This document shows positions 39,331-52,175 of a stretch of 64,000 nt of DNA, one piece after another. Under the pieces are notes generated by a model. It searched no databases, was not told where the DNA came from, and was given only the letters and a program-made list of their open reading frames with translations. The number at the start of each line of letters is the position of its first letter. Position 1 is the first letter of the stretch. The translations under genes were made by a program, and so were the position numbers. Source of the stretch: Chiloscyllium plagiosum (taxonomy: Eukaryota); assembly GCF_004010195.1 (NCBI RefSeq), contig NC_057721.1, positions 24,697,821 through 24,761,820 of the forward strand. Reading direction: 5' to 3'.

Positions 39331-39690
39331 TCAGGACCTGTAAGTGGGCAATTTGAGTACAGAAGTGTGGTTGGAAGTTCATCTCAGTTGACACTTCATA
39401 CCAAGGTTGTGAACAATCTGATTTATTCTTATAAAGTTGCTGGAGAGTGAATGGAGTAAATGGTAGGAATTGGAGTTTGGAATAGATCTAAAAATCATGT
39501 TTAGTTGGAAGAAATATACAGAAAGATGCAAGTTCAGGCCTTGGACTAAACAGCAGGATGTAGCTTTGGAGTACATTTGGTCATGGGAGCTGGTGGAAAG
39601 GAGACAAGTGGCAACTTGGCAAAGAGGCAAGTGATTGGATGGTCTTGATCTTGTAATTAGTAGGTCTATGAACGCCTTTGGTTTGTTATA
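39151..39690. repeat. 117-bp inverted repeat (39151-39267 / 39574-39690)
   Basis: Ungapped hand alignment gives about 13 mismatches. Confidence 0.92.
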
Positions 39691-40639
39691 GGATGTGAAA
39701 GTAAAGGAGAAAGGCAGGAAGGTTAGAAGAAATTGATTTACTGTTGAGACTATCTTCAGACAAGAGCAGGGCCAAAAGTTACTTTACATGGTCATTCCAG
39801 ATCTGCTGTGAATGACTAAACAAGTTGAAAATGAGAAATCCATGAGCTCTAGGAATTGTTTGTGACTGTCAACCTGTGTCTCTTCCACTAACTCTCTGCT
39901 TCTTATTGCAAATGTTCAAGACTCTTGCAAACATATGCAACAACCTGTACCTCTTTGCATGAAATGTCATAGAGATGAGCCTGAAAATAACTGTTGCTGG
40001 TATTGTCTTACAAATTATAATTTTTTTTTCAAATTCCTCTGAAATGTTAATGGAAGTGTGAGCTTATTTAAATTAATACTACCAATAGTTATTTCTATTC
40101 TTTGCTTTATATATATTTTTTCCAGGCCATGTGACAGTAAACAGGAAATTTATTTTAACCAGAAGGCCCTTGGTGTCATTGGGAATGTTTCAAATAATGA
40201 CCTTTCAAAACTCTTTTTACTCACCAATAAAAATGTACAGTATGTGAGAGTTCTGTTCCTTAGAACTCCTGCAAATGATGAATTCACGAAGGGGGATCTC
40301 ATTAAACATGGGTTAAAAATACATTAAAAATTGTGGATTTGCGAGTTTTGTCTGTGGATGTTGATTTTATGGTTACTTGATTTTTGGCGCATACAGGCAA
40401 ACTTGTGATTTTTGTGGACACAGCAGATTTACTGCATTATGTCTGGGGGAGAAGGGAAAGCCAAGTTAAAATACAGGCACATCTCAAATTTTCGAACCAC
40501 AGTTAAGTAACTCTTTGCTAAGAGATGAATTCTTTCCATGATACATTTTTGCAAAAGTGTAAAGCAAACCTACTATTAGTTTCAATTCACGATGGACAGA
40601 GCAGGTTGGGTAATTGGTTTTGGTCTGGGGGATGACTGA

Positions 40640-42790
40640 GAACTTTTGCAATAAGGAGCATAGAAGCAGCCAGAATGGTTAGTGAAGACTATTAGTTTAT
40701 GTGCTGTAATGCCATCCCAGATTACCACTGCAAGATAAAGGCATCGAGCCTGGGCATCAAATTATCATGTAACTGAGATCTCTGAATTAATACACAAAGA
40801 AAACTAAAAAATTGGGTACTTTCAAAAAAGAGAGAGTTTAACCACAGTCAAGGCATATTCCATCAAAGGCAAGAGGCAGGTCAAAGAAATCCAGACTTTC
40901 CAGGACATCAAAGAGATAGAAATTAAGTTTAAGGTAAAGGAATGTGTTTATGACTGGTGTCAGGTGAATAATGTGAGGAGGAACCACACTGTCAACAGAA
41001 GGTTAGGAGGGGAAGTGAAAAATCTGAAAGGTAGAGAGAAAATGAAAAGAAACTAGCAATTAAGATAAATGGGGAGCCCCAAGATATCTGTAGGCATATA
41101 AATAGTAAAAGGGTGATAAAGTGAGGAGTGGGGCTGATAGGACCAAAAAGGGATTTTAGATGGATACAGAGACATAGCTGAAATAATAATCCCTGAATAC
41201 TTTCCATCTGTCTTTACCGAACAAGTGCATGCTATCCAAGCCATGGTGAGAATAGAGATATACATAATACATGGAAGGATTTAAAATTAATAAGAAGATA
41301 TTAGATCGGGTGTCTATACTTAAAGTCTACAAAGAACAAGGGCTAGAGGAGGTGCATCAGAAAATATTGAATGAAATGAGACAAAGTTGCAGGAGCACTG
41401 GCCATAATTATCCAGGCTTGCTTAAACTCAGGCATGCTGCCGGAGTACTGAAGAAGTGCATATGTTATGTACTCCCCAAAACAAGGTGTAATGATAAGAC
41501 CAGCAATGACAGAGCCGTCAGTTTAATTTCAGCATTGAGGGATCTTAAGCAAACAATAATTCAGGAGAAAATTAACAAAGTATGAGCATATACAGGTTAA
41601 TTAAGGGAAACCGGTATGGATTTCTTGGGAAAACCATCAGCTTGCTGGAATTGTTGAAAGAGGTAACACATGGTGGATAGTGGCAGCATTGTCCATGTGG
41701 TGGACGTCCAAAGGGTATTAAATGAAATAGCACATAATAAATTTGCAAGAAAAGTTAAAATGGAATAAAATAGACAATATTAACTTTACTATGAAATTGA
41801 CTAAGTAACAAAAGGCAGAGAGTAATGGTTGAAAGCATACTTTTTAAGCTGGAGATGTGTTTGTACTGGAGTTCCCCAAGTGTCAAGGGTTAGGAGTTTT
41901 GTCTTCCTTGTAATATATTAATGACCTCAGCCATGGTGTTCAGAGTATGATACCAATGTTTGAAATCAAACTTAGAAGTACTGTTAGCATCAAGGAGGAT
42001 AGTGTAGAGTATCAAGAGGACAGAAACAAGTTGGTGGAGTGCAGGGTAACAAATGGCAGATGAAGTTCAATGCGGAGAAATGTGAAGGGTACATCTCTAA
42101 AGGGAGTTTAAATATCAGGGACCTGGTTATATACACATGCATAAGTTATCGAAGATAGCATGGCATGTTGAGAGAGTAGTTATCAAGGCTCAGAGTATCC
42201 TTCACTTTCTTGATAGGGGCATTGAGCACAAGAGCAAGGAGGTGATGTCGAGCTTGTAATAATTTGATCTCATACAGTGTTACGTTCAGTCTGCGCACCA
42301 CACTTTAGGAAAGATGTAAGGGCATTGGAGAGAGTCGAGAAAGAATTCACGGAGTTGTTCCAAAGATAAGGAACTTCAATTAAGAAAATAGTTTGGAGAA
42401 CTTGGGTGTGTTTTTCTTGGAGCAGAGAAGTTTTAATAGAGATCTTCAAAGTCATGATCATGAATAGACAAGGAGAAGCCATTCCCACTTGTGAAAGGAT
42501 TGAGAATGAGAAGGCATGGATTTATATGAATTGATGAAAGAAGGAAGAAAGACTTTGAGGGGTGGGAAAGCTTTCTCACAGAGTGAAAGATTGAGGTCTA
42601 GGATGCCCTGCCTATGAGTGTAGTGGAGGCAGAATCCAAGCTTTTAAAATTAAATGAGATTATTATCTGAAAAGGAAAAGCATATTGGGTTCCAGAGAGA
42701 ATAGCATGAGGTGAATTACTCATTCTGAGAAATGATCAGAGACATGATTGTTCAAATAACGTCCTTCTGCACTGTCACAACTCTGAGACG
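40640..42790 (+). mobile_element. Old degenerate CR1 LINE ORF2
   Basis: Eroded RT-region motifs occur in order (KTSNDRAVSLIS, gttccccaag, 'atattaatgacct', 'aaatggcagatgaagttcaatgcggagaaatgtga'). Confidence 0.75.
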
Positions 42791-43865
42791 ATATGAAGAG
42801 AAATATAGCTGCTGAGACTCTGTGAGAGAAGGCAATATTTCTTTAAATTAGAGAGAGAGGAAAAGCCCAACTCTGAGGAAAACAAAGTCACAGTATGGTC
42901 TGGAATTCAAGAAAGAGGGCAGCACTGGGAAGTGGAGCACAAGAAGGGTAATGAAGGAGGAATGTGGTCTTAGGATCAGGAGAGAGAGAGAACAGCAGAA
43001 GTCAATACTTCTGAAAGGAAATATGCAACTGTGGAAATTTAGACTTGGCAGAGCAATAGAATGGCAGCAGAAATCAGGATGCAAAGAAAGTAACTGCTGC
43101 AGAAGCAATGTAAAAGTTAGGAAAACCAGCAGTGTTATTGGGACACCAGAAGAGATAGAGAAGCTGCTGAATTCTTTACTTATATAAAGGGTCAGGTCAG
43201 TAAAGTAGGAAAGAAGCAGGGTTCCAATAGGAGACATAACTGTGCCCAAAAAGACCAGCAACATCTTGCTCAGTGAGGAATCTGGATTGTGGAAAGGTGA
43301 AGGGAAAAACATGTGAAGAATAGACTGTTATTTCCATGTCTGGAACCTTCTAGCTGACTTGAATGATATCAGAGATGGAAGGGCATTTTAAAAAGTTTCA
43401 TTAGTTAAATTTTATATTTTATGATGGAATTCTGTTTGAAGGTGCATTTTTGTTTTTTTCGCCTATTAACTTTATTCTGATAAAGTGATGGTCCTGGAAC
43501 AGAGGAGAATTTAATTAACACTGCTGACATGTTCTGAATAACTAATGGTCTGATACTGCACTGTTATTCATGACCAAGAACCGCACACAGTTCTCAAATA
43601 ATGTGAAATTAATAAAACATTATTTTATTGTAAACTGCAATCGTTAGCGGCTTTTAATATTGAATTAGAATTTCAGCATTGAAATTAAGGCCTCAAAAAT
43701 ACTGGTAATGCAAATAATTTCAACAGGAGGTAGATGGGCTTTTGAAATAGTTGGGGGGGAGCGGTTGAGGGCTATGTGGAGAAAAAGGGCAGTTGAGATT
43801 TGGGGCAGGTCTTATTAAACTGCAAGGAAGGACTGAGGGGCTGAATTGGCTATTCCTATTCCTCT

Positions 43866-44675
43866 ACTTTGTCATTTACATAAATGATTTGGATGTGAGC
43901 ATAAGAGATACAGATGGTAAGTTTGCAGATGGCACCAAAATTGGAAGTGTAGTGGACAGGGAAGAAAGTTACCTCAGATTACAACAGGATCTTAAGCAGA
44001 TGGGCCAATAGGCTGACAAGTGGCAGATGGAGTTTAATTCAGATAAATGCGAGGTGCTGCATTTTGGAAAAGCAAATCCTAGCAGGACTTATACACTTTA
44101 TGCTAAGGTCCGAGGGAGTGATGCAAAACAAAGAGACCTTGGAGTGCAGGTTCATAGCTCCTTGAAAGTGGAGTCGCAGGTAGATAGGATAGTGAAGAAG
44201 GCGTTTGGTATGCTTTCCTTAATTGGTCAGAGTATTGAGTACAGGAGTTGGGAGGTCATGTTGCGGCTATACAGGACAGTGGTTAGGCCGCTGTTGGAAT
44301 ATTGCATGCAATTCTGGTCTCCTTCCTATCTGAAAGATGTTGTGAAACTTGGAAGGGTTCAGAAAAGATTTACAAGGNNNNNNNNNNNNNNNNNNNNNNN
44401 NNNNNGGGAAAGATATAAAAGGGACCTAAGGGGCAACTTTTTCACGTAGAGGGTGGTATGTGTATGGAATGAGCTGCCAGAGGATGTGGTGGAGGCTGGT
44501 ACAATTGCAACATTTAAAAGGCATTTGGATGGGTATATGAATAGGTAGGGTTTGGAGGGATAGGGGCCGGGTGCTGGCAGGTGGGACTAGATTGGGTTGG
44601 GATATCTGGTCGGCATGGACGAGTTGGACTGAAGGGTCTGTTTCCGTGCTATACATCTCTATGACTCTGACTCTA
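43866..44675 (+). mobile_element. Young CR1/HER1 LINE 3' part
   Basis: FVIYINDLD..KFADGTKIG, MEFNSDKCEVLHFG, LLEYCMQFWSP, and the tail. Confidence 0.95.
44378..44405. other. Assembly gap (28 N)
   Basis: Run of N. The homologous stretch in the CR1 copy at about 15835-16040 suggests roughly 200 bp is missing. Confidence 1.
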
Positions 44676-45581
44676 TTTCTCATGTTCTTGTCTATCAAAA
44701 GTACATTTTGCTTTGCCTTGAATAAATTTAAAGATCGAGCTCCGTCTATCTTCTGGGAAAAAGAATCCCATGCTGTAATAACCCTTGGAGAAGAAAATGT
44801 GGAGAACCTCTCTATTCTGTCACATAAATGTAGCCTGAATTGATGAAATCCTTTCTTGTAGCAGCATACATCTAGAATTGTAACTTGTTAATTAAAGACA
44901 GAAATTTTGAACTGGTGTTTTAAGAACTAGGTAAAACGAAGCTTGGTGGGAGAGGAAATGGTAAACTGTAATGACAATGTGGCTATTCAATTGATATTGG
45001 GATTCTGATGTTAGGATTTTAGATTCTGAAGCTATAACTGACTATAACTATTGATTTTCCAATGTCACTGCTGGACAAATAACTTATAACAAAGTCAATA
45101 TTAATGGAACATCATTTATGGCATATTTTTATCCCCACATATTGGCTGCTCCCTTGTTGGTTTACAAGGTTAAAAAATCTCTTACGATAAAATAAGTGCA
45201 CCAAAACGAATGATCAAAAGGCATTTCCATGCCCAATATAGTGACTTCTACGACAGCTCTTAATGCTTAGAGACATGAGAGCTGACCACTTAACTGAGTA
45301 AGTTGGCAGCAAGCAGAGAGCACATTTGTCATACTGATGACATCTATTGTGGTCACTTTCTCCAGAGCATGGACAGTCTCAAAGAGGAGAGTAGTGGGTA
45401 GATCTATTATATGGGTGCATTTGGAGGCAGAAGAAAATTGCTTTGTAACAATGAAAAATAAAGGAAAACAAGCAAAAATTATTAAGTATTTAACAGAGCG
45501 TAATCCTCAGAGTGCTTCAGTCCAAGCAGCACTAATTGTTTAAAAGTCTCAAGTAGCTCTGACCTTATAATTATCATGCTG

Positions 45582-45682
45582 ACAAATTGCAAAGTGCTGC
45601 TTTGTTACAAATCCTAGCAAAAACAAATTCATTACTCACAAATTGCAAAGTGCTGCTTTGTTACAAATCCTAACAAAAACAA
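45582..45682 (+). repeat. Tandem duplication, 56-bp period
   Basis: acaaattgcaaagtgctgctttgttacaaatccta(g/a)caaaaacaa occurs at 45582 and 45638. Confidence 0.92.
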
Positions 45683-45764
45683 TTAAGTGACTAACTTTAA
45701 GTAATTTGCTATTTCAGCCAGTAGAAAAGTTTGTTGTTTCAGAATACTGCTTTCACTTCTAATA

Positions 45765-46105
45765 AAGTCCCTGCAGTGTGGAAACAAGCTATTTGGCCCA
45801 TTGAGTCCACACTGCCCCTCTGAAGAGCATCCCACCCAGATTCACTCACCCATCTCCTATTCCTATTTCTCATGGCTAATCCACCTAGCTTGCACACCCC
45901 TGGACACTATGGGCAATTTAGCATGGTCAATCTACCTAACCTGCTCGTCTTGGACTGTGGGAGGAAACTGGAGCACCTGGAGGAAACCCACGCAGACACG
46001 GGAAGAACATGCAAATTCCACACAGACAGTCACCTGAGATTGGAATGGAACTCAGCTCCCTGGTGCTGTGAGGCAGCAATGCTAACCACTGAGTTACCAT
46101 GCCGT
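45765..46105 (-). mobile_element. HE1-type V-SINE
   Basis: Reverse complement of the head and V-domain (gactgtgggaggaaac...gtgaggcagcaatgctaaccactga). Confidence 0.9.
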
Positions 46106-46559
46106 GATACCATTTCTGTGTTATTAAATTCTCATAACAAGCATAGCCTCCTTTTACACACAAGACATGTGCTTTCTTGGTGCTGATACTGACCATTTCC
46201 ATCTTACTGGCTTCATCTCACAGCATTAATTCCCTTTGGATTTCCTTTGCAGCTAATGGCAAACGTTTAGCCCATATAACGTTATTACCCAGATCTCCCA
46301 ATCCCCAGATAATTTGAGACCAGAAATATTCTGGCAGATGTACAGTGGGACCCCGCAGAATTATTAAAAACTGACCACACAGTAATTGCTCAGGACATTT
46401 CAACTTGCAGTAGGCAACAGCCTCACAATCAAACCCTCAAAAAAGTTTCCACTCTGAGTTTCAATTAGAATCAGAGACTTTGAAGGGTTCTGATTTACTT
46501 ATCTTAATAGTCATCCAACAAATGTTAGTGTGATTAAAATCTGCTTTAACTCCTGGCTA

Positions 46560-47455
46560 CATTTGCAAATGACACAAAGATAGGTGGAGGGACAAGTTGT
46601 GTTAGGAAGAGGGAAGGCTGCAGAATGACTTGGACAGGCGAGGATTGGGGACAAGGAAATGGCAAATGGACTACAATGTGGGAAAGTGTGAGGTTAGGCA
46701 CTTTGGTAAGAAGAATTGAGGCATAGACTGCACTCTAAATAGGGAAAGGCTTTGGAAATCTGAAACACAAAGGGACTTGGGAGTTCTAGATCAGGATTCT
46801 CTTATGGTTAACATGCAGATTCTGCGGCAGTTAGGAAAGCAAATGCAATGTTAACATTCACTTCAAGAATACAGGAGTAGCAATGTACTGGTTAGGCTGC
46901 AGATGGGTTTGGTCAGACCACATTTGGAATATTGTTCGCAGTTTTGACCCCTTATGTGAGGATGGATGTACTGGGTTTGGAGGAGGTCCGAAGGATGTTT
47001 CCAAGAATGATCCCAGGGATGAAGGACTTGTCTTGTGAGCAGCGGTTGAGGACTCGAGGACTGTGCTCGATCGAGTTTAGAAGGATGAGGGGAGATCTCG
47101 TTGAAACCTACAGAATGTTGAGAGGCCTGGATAGAGTGAACGTGAAGAGATGTTTCCACTAGTGGGGGAGACTCAAAGTGAAGGGACAACCTTTAGAACT
47201 GAGATGAAAAGGAATTTCTTCAGCCAGAAAGTGGTTAATCCAGGGAACTCATTGTCACAGAGGGCTGTGAAGAAGACGCCTTTGCATGTACTTAAGACAG
47301 AGATAGATAGGTCCTTGATCAGTAAGGAGATCAAGGGTTATAGGGAGGAGGTGTGAGAATTGAGTTGAGAAGCACATCAGCAATGATTGGATGGCAGAGC
47401 AGACCCAATGGGTCGAATGGCCTAATTCTTTTCCAATGTCTTATGGTTTTGTGGC
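46560..47455 (+). mobile_element. CR1 LINE (second subfamily) 3' part
   Basis: Homologous to 37850-38748 (RRMRGDLVETYRML, FFSQKVVN). Confidence 0.9.
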
Positions 47456-47683
47456 CTTTGGTACAGTGTTGAACCCCATCCTCTCATTAACTCCCAGGGA
47501 GGTGGGAGGAAAGGGGAGGGCACAGCTGGCAGCTGAGGATGAAAGGGTACGGAGGCTGTATGTTAGGCTTGCAGTGGGGGGAGGGATCTGGCAATTGGGT
47601 GTTGGGAATTTAAGGAGCTGGGCAAGAGTCATGAATTGGGGAGTTTAGGATAGGTGTTTGAGGGTTTGGTACGTGTGACTGAC

Positions 47684-48675
47684 TGTACTCAATACTCTAA
47701 CCAATAAAAGAAAGCATACCAAACGCCTTCTTCACTATCCTATCTACCTGCGACTCCACTTTCAAGGAGCTATGAACCTGCACTCCAAGGTCTCTTCGTT
47801 CAGCAACACTCTCTCAGACCTTACCATTAAGTGTTTATGTCCTGCTCAGATTTGCTTTCCCAAAATGCAGCACCTCGCATTTATCTGAAGTAAACTCCAT
47901 CTGCCACTTCTCAGCACATTGGCCCATCTGGTCCAGATCCTGTTGTAATCTGAGGTAGCCCTCTTCACTGTCCACTACACCTCCAGTTTCGGTGTCATCT
48001 GAAAACTTACTAACTTTACCTCTTATGCTTGCATCCAAATCATTTATGTAAATGACAATAAGTAGAGGACCCAGCACCGATCCTTGTGGCACTCCACTGG
48101 TCACAAGCCTCCAGTTTGAAAAACAACCCTTCACTACCACTCTCTGTCTTCTACCTTTGAGCCAGTTCTGTATCCAAATGGCCAGTTCTCCCTGTATTCC
48201 ATGAGATCTAACCTTGCTAATTAGTCTCCCATGGGGAACCTTGTCGAACGCCTTACTGAAGTCCATGTAGATCACTTCTACCACACTGCCATCATCAAGC
48301 CTCTTTGTTACTTCCTCAAAAAAACTCAATCAAGTTTGTGAGACGTGATTTTCCACACACAAAGCCATGTTGACTATCCCTAATCAGTCCTTGCCTTTCC
48401 AAATACATGTACATCCTGTCCCTCAGGATTCCCTCCAACAACTTGCCCACCACCGACATCAGGCTCACTGGTCTATAGTTCCCTGGTTTCTCCTTACCAC
48501 CCTTCTTAAACAGTGGCACCATGTTAGCTAACTTCCAGTCTTCCGGTACCTCACCTGTGACTATTGATGATACAAATATCTCAGCAAGAGGCCCAGCCAT
48601 CACTTCTCTAGCTTCCCACAGAGTTCTCGGGTACACCTGATCAGGTCCTGGGGATTTATCCACGTTTATGCGTTT
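47684..48675 (-). mobile_element. Young CR1/HER1 internal RT fragment lacking its 3' end
   Basis: ORFs 48316-48837 and 47835-48329: KSPGPDQVYPRTL, GNYRPVSL, DFSKAFDKVPH, GVPQGSVLGP, KFSDDT, with one frameshift. Confidence 0.95.
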
Positions 48676-49571
48676 GTGGTGCCCTAGGATGGCCAAGGAA
48701 AACAAAAAGGAATAGAATGTCATTCCCATGGTGATTACCATTCCTCTGAAGTTTTGTCCTAAAACATCAGCGTAGCAAAAGCAAAAAGCCTTTTCCTTCA
48801 GGAAAGTAACATGCAATAATACAAACTGACAAATCAAAGGTATTGACCTTTATGTTTGCCCTGACTCCCCATGCTTTTAATAAAGCTATTTGAAAGACAT
48901 CTGGTTTCAACTAAAACATGAAATCATGAAGAGACAGATATTCTAAGGATGTACTGAGCTTCAATAACATCCAGTCTATTATGTGATGATGTGGTGACTC
49001 TCTCTATAGAAGCAACTAGAAAGTTAAAGGCCAGTGTTCATATTGACCTATTCTTTCTATCTAATGGCATTTGAAAAGACAAAATAAGCAACTTTTTTCT
49101 TATCAGCAGGTTGTGGCTGTTGTGACTGCTTTGTTGCATCGACTGAAACTTTCAAGGCTTGAAAGGATTAAAACATCACCTATTAAGCTCATTCAAATCA
49201 CTTCTGTATCAAACTGAAACTGAGGCAGCATGTCATGTTTTTCAGGGAAATTTCTCTAATAATTAAAATTAAAATGCATTTCTCCAACTTTTGCTGCTCA
49301 TAAAAATCTCTCAATTTTCTCATTAGTAACACTTTTCCATCCAACTTATTGCCAAAAGATTGAGGTGGCACAGTGGCTCAGAGGTTAGCACTGCTGCCTC
49401 ACAGTGCCAGGGACCTGGGTTTGATTCCACCCTTGAGCGAATGTCTATGTGGAGTTGGCACTTTGTCCCTGTGTCTGCGTGGGTTTCCACTGGGTGCTCC
49501 AGTTTCCATCCACAATCCAAAGACATGCATGTTCGGTGGATTGATCATGCTAAATTGCCTGAAGTGTCCAG

Positions 49572-49843
49572 GAATTGGATTAGATTAGATTCCCTACAGT
49601 GTGGAAACAGGCCCTCTGGCCCAACCAGTCCACACCGACCCTCCGAAGAGTAACCCACCCAGGCCCATTTCCCTCTGACTAATTGACCTAACACTATGGG
49701 GCAATTTAGCATGGCCAATTCACCCGATCTGCACACCTTTGGACTGTGGTAGGAAACCGGAGCACCCAGAGGAAACCCACGCAGACACAGGGAGAATATG
49801 CAAACTCTGCACTGACAGTCACCCGAGGCTGGAATTGAACCTG
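49572..49843 (-). mobile_element. 5'-truncated HE1 SINE nested antisense in another HE1
   Basis: (ttaga)n tail at 49575-49591 and a reverse-strand V-domain. Confidence 0.88.
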
Positions 49844-49909
49844 ATGTACAGGCTCGATGGATAGGCATAATAAATGCAGTGTTACAGGGATAGGGTAGAG
49901 GGGGGTGGA

Positions 49910-50088
49910 GTCGAGAGTGTGGTGCTGGAAAAGCACAGCAAGTCAGGCAGTATCCGAGAGCAGGGAAATCGATGTTTTAGGTAAAAACATCGATTTTCCT
50001 GCTTCTCAGATGCTGCCTGATCTGCTGTGCTTTTCCAGTACCACACTTTCGACTCTAATCTCCAGCATCTGCAGTTCTCACTTTCACC
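49910..50088. mobile_element. Short palindromic Penelope-derived element
   Basis: About 70-bp near-perfect hairpin centred near 49980. 14-bp TSD tagaggggggtgga (49896-49909) / tagagaggggtgga (50089-50102). Confidence 0.8.
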
Positions 50089-50344
50089 TAGAGAGGGGTG
50101 GATCTGGGTGGGATGCTGCTTGGAGGGCCACATGGCCTGCTTCCCCATTGTACAGATTCTATGATTAATCCCATGTCAGAGATCTAGGCTTGCACTTATT
50201 GCAATACTGAGGGCGTGCTGCTGTCTTTTCAATGAAACTTGAAGTAGAGATTCCAAACACCCAGTTCAGCAGGTCATAATGGATTCCCTTGGCACTATTT
50301 TTAATAAGAGCAAGGTGCAGAGCACTATCGAATGCTTATTCTTC

Positions 50345-51928
50345 AACAGCAAGGACTGCTTAGAGATAGTCGGCATGGCTTTGTGCGTGGCCAATCAAGT
50401 CTCTTAAACTTGATTGAGTTTTTTGAAGAAGTAACAAAGAAGATTAATGAGAGCAGAGTGGTAGACATGATCTATTTGGAATTCAATAAGGCGGTCAACA
50501 AGGTTCCCCATGGGAGACTGATTAGCAAGGTTAGATCTCATAGCTACAGAACCATTTGGATACAGAAGGTAGAAGACAGAGGGTGGTGGTGGAGGGTTGC
50601 TTTTCAGACTGGAGGTCTGTGACCAGTGGAGAGCCACAAGGACCGATGCTGGGTTCAGTACTTTTCAACATTTATATAAATGATTTGAATGTAAACGTAG
50701 GAGGTATAGTTGGTAAGTTTGCAGATGACACCAAATTTGGAGCGAAGAAGGTTACCTCATATTACAACAGGAGCTTGATCAGATGGGCCAATGGGCTGAG
50801 AAGGTACAGGTGGAGTTTAATTTAGATAAATACAAGGTGCTGCATTTTTTGGGAAAGCAAATCAGAGCAGGACGTATACACTTAATGCTACGGTCCTAGG
50901 GAGTATTGCAGAACAAAGAGACCTTGGAGTGCAAGGTCCTAGAAAGTGGAGTCGCAGGTAGATAGGATAGTGAAGAAGGCATTTGGTATGCTTTCCTTTA
51001 TTGGTCATAGTAGATTAGATTAGATTAGATGACTTTACAGTGTGGAAACAGGCCCTTTGGCCCAACAAGTCCAGACCGACCCGCCGAAGCGCACCCATCC
51101 AGACCCATTCTCCTACATTTACCCCTGCACCTAACACTACAGGCAATTTAGCGTGGCCAATTCACCTAATCTGCACATTTTTGGAGTGTGGGAGGAAACC
51201 GGAGCACCCAGAGGAAATCCACGCAGACACGGGGAGAATGTGCAAACTCCACACAGTCAGTCGCCTGAGGCGGGAAATGAACCCGGGTCTCTGGCGCTGT
51301 GAGGCAGCAGTGCTAACCACTGTGCCACCGTATAGTACTGAGTATAGGAATTAGGAGGTCATGTTGTGGCTGTACAGGACATTGGTTAGGCCACTGTTAG
51401 AATATTGCATGCAGTTCTGGCCTCCTTCCTATCGGAAAGATGCTGTGAAACTTGAAAGGGTTCAGAAAAGATTTAAAAAGATGTTGCCAGGGTTGGAGGA
51501 TCTGAGCTATAGGGAGAGGCTGTACAGGCTGGGGCTGTTTTCCCTGGAGCGTTGGAGGCTGAGGAGTGACCTTATAGAGGTTTACAAAATTATGAGGGAC
51601 ATAGGGTAAATAGACAAAGGGGCTGTTTTCCCTGCAGTCGGGAAGTCCAGAACTAGAGGGCATAGGTTTACGTTGAGAGGAGAAAGAGATAAAAGAGACC
51701 TAAGGGGCAATTTTTTCACACAGAAAGTGGTACATGTATGGAATGAGCTGCCAGAGGAAGTGGTGGAGGCTGGTACAAGGTGTTTGGATGGGTATATGAA
51801 TAGGAAGGGATATAGGCTGGGTGCTGGCAGGTGGGACTAGATTGGGTTGGGATATCTGGTTGGCATGGACAGGTTGGACCGAAGGGTCTATTTCCGTGCT
51901 GTACATCTCAGTGACTCTATGACTCTAC
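50345..51928 (+). mobile_element. CR1/HER1 LINE 3' half, apparently inserted in a DeuSINE remnant (50190-50320, 51930-52012)
   Basis: RHGFVRGQSSLLNLIEFF, KFADDTK, LLEYCMQFWPP, and a (ctatga)n tail. Confidence 0.93.
51011..51330 (-). mobile_element. HE1 SINE nested in CR1
   Basis: (tagat)n tail and reverse V-domain. Short TSD atagta at 51007-51012 / 51332-51337. Confidence 0.92.
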
Positions 51929-52175
51929 AGTGCCATCTTAGGTAAAAATGTCACATTTGGGATGTTCTGAGGTTTCGAATTGTTGTATAAAAATGCAAGT
52001 CTACCTTCCTTCCCTTTGTGATGTAAAATGAGAAGTTAAAAGGGGTCCATCTGTTTTCAGATGTAGAAGTTTGAAGAGATTAATTCTGTCTGAGTTCCTG
52101 CTTCATTATTCATAGCTTGAAAGCCTCTTCCTGTACTTATCCTTTAACCCTTTGTTATTTTCGTTCTGATGCTAT

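Larger units (their letters stand above)
49362..50165 (+). mobile_element. HE1-type V-SINE hosting two nested insertions
   Basis: Head and V-domain at 49362-49570. It resumes at 49844 (gatgtacagg) and at 50103, and ends 'gattctatgatt'. Confidence 0.8.
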
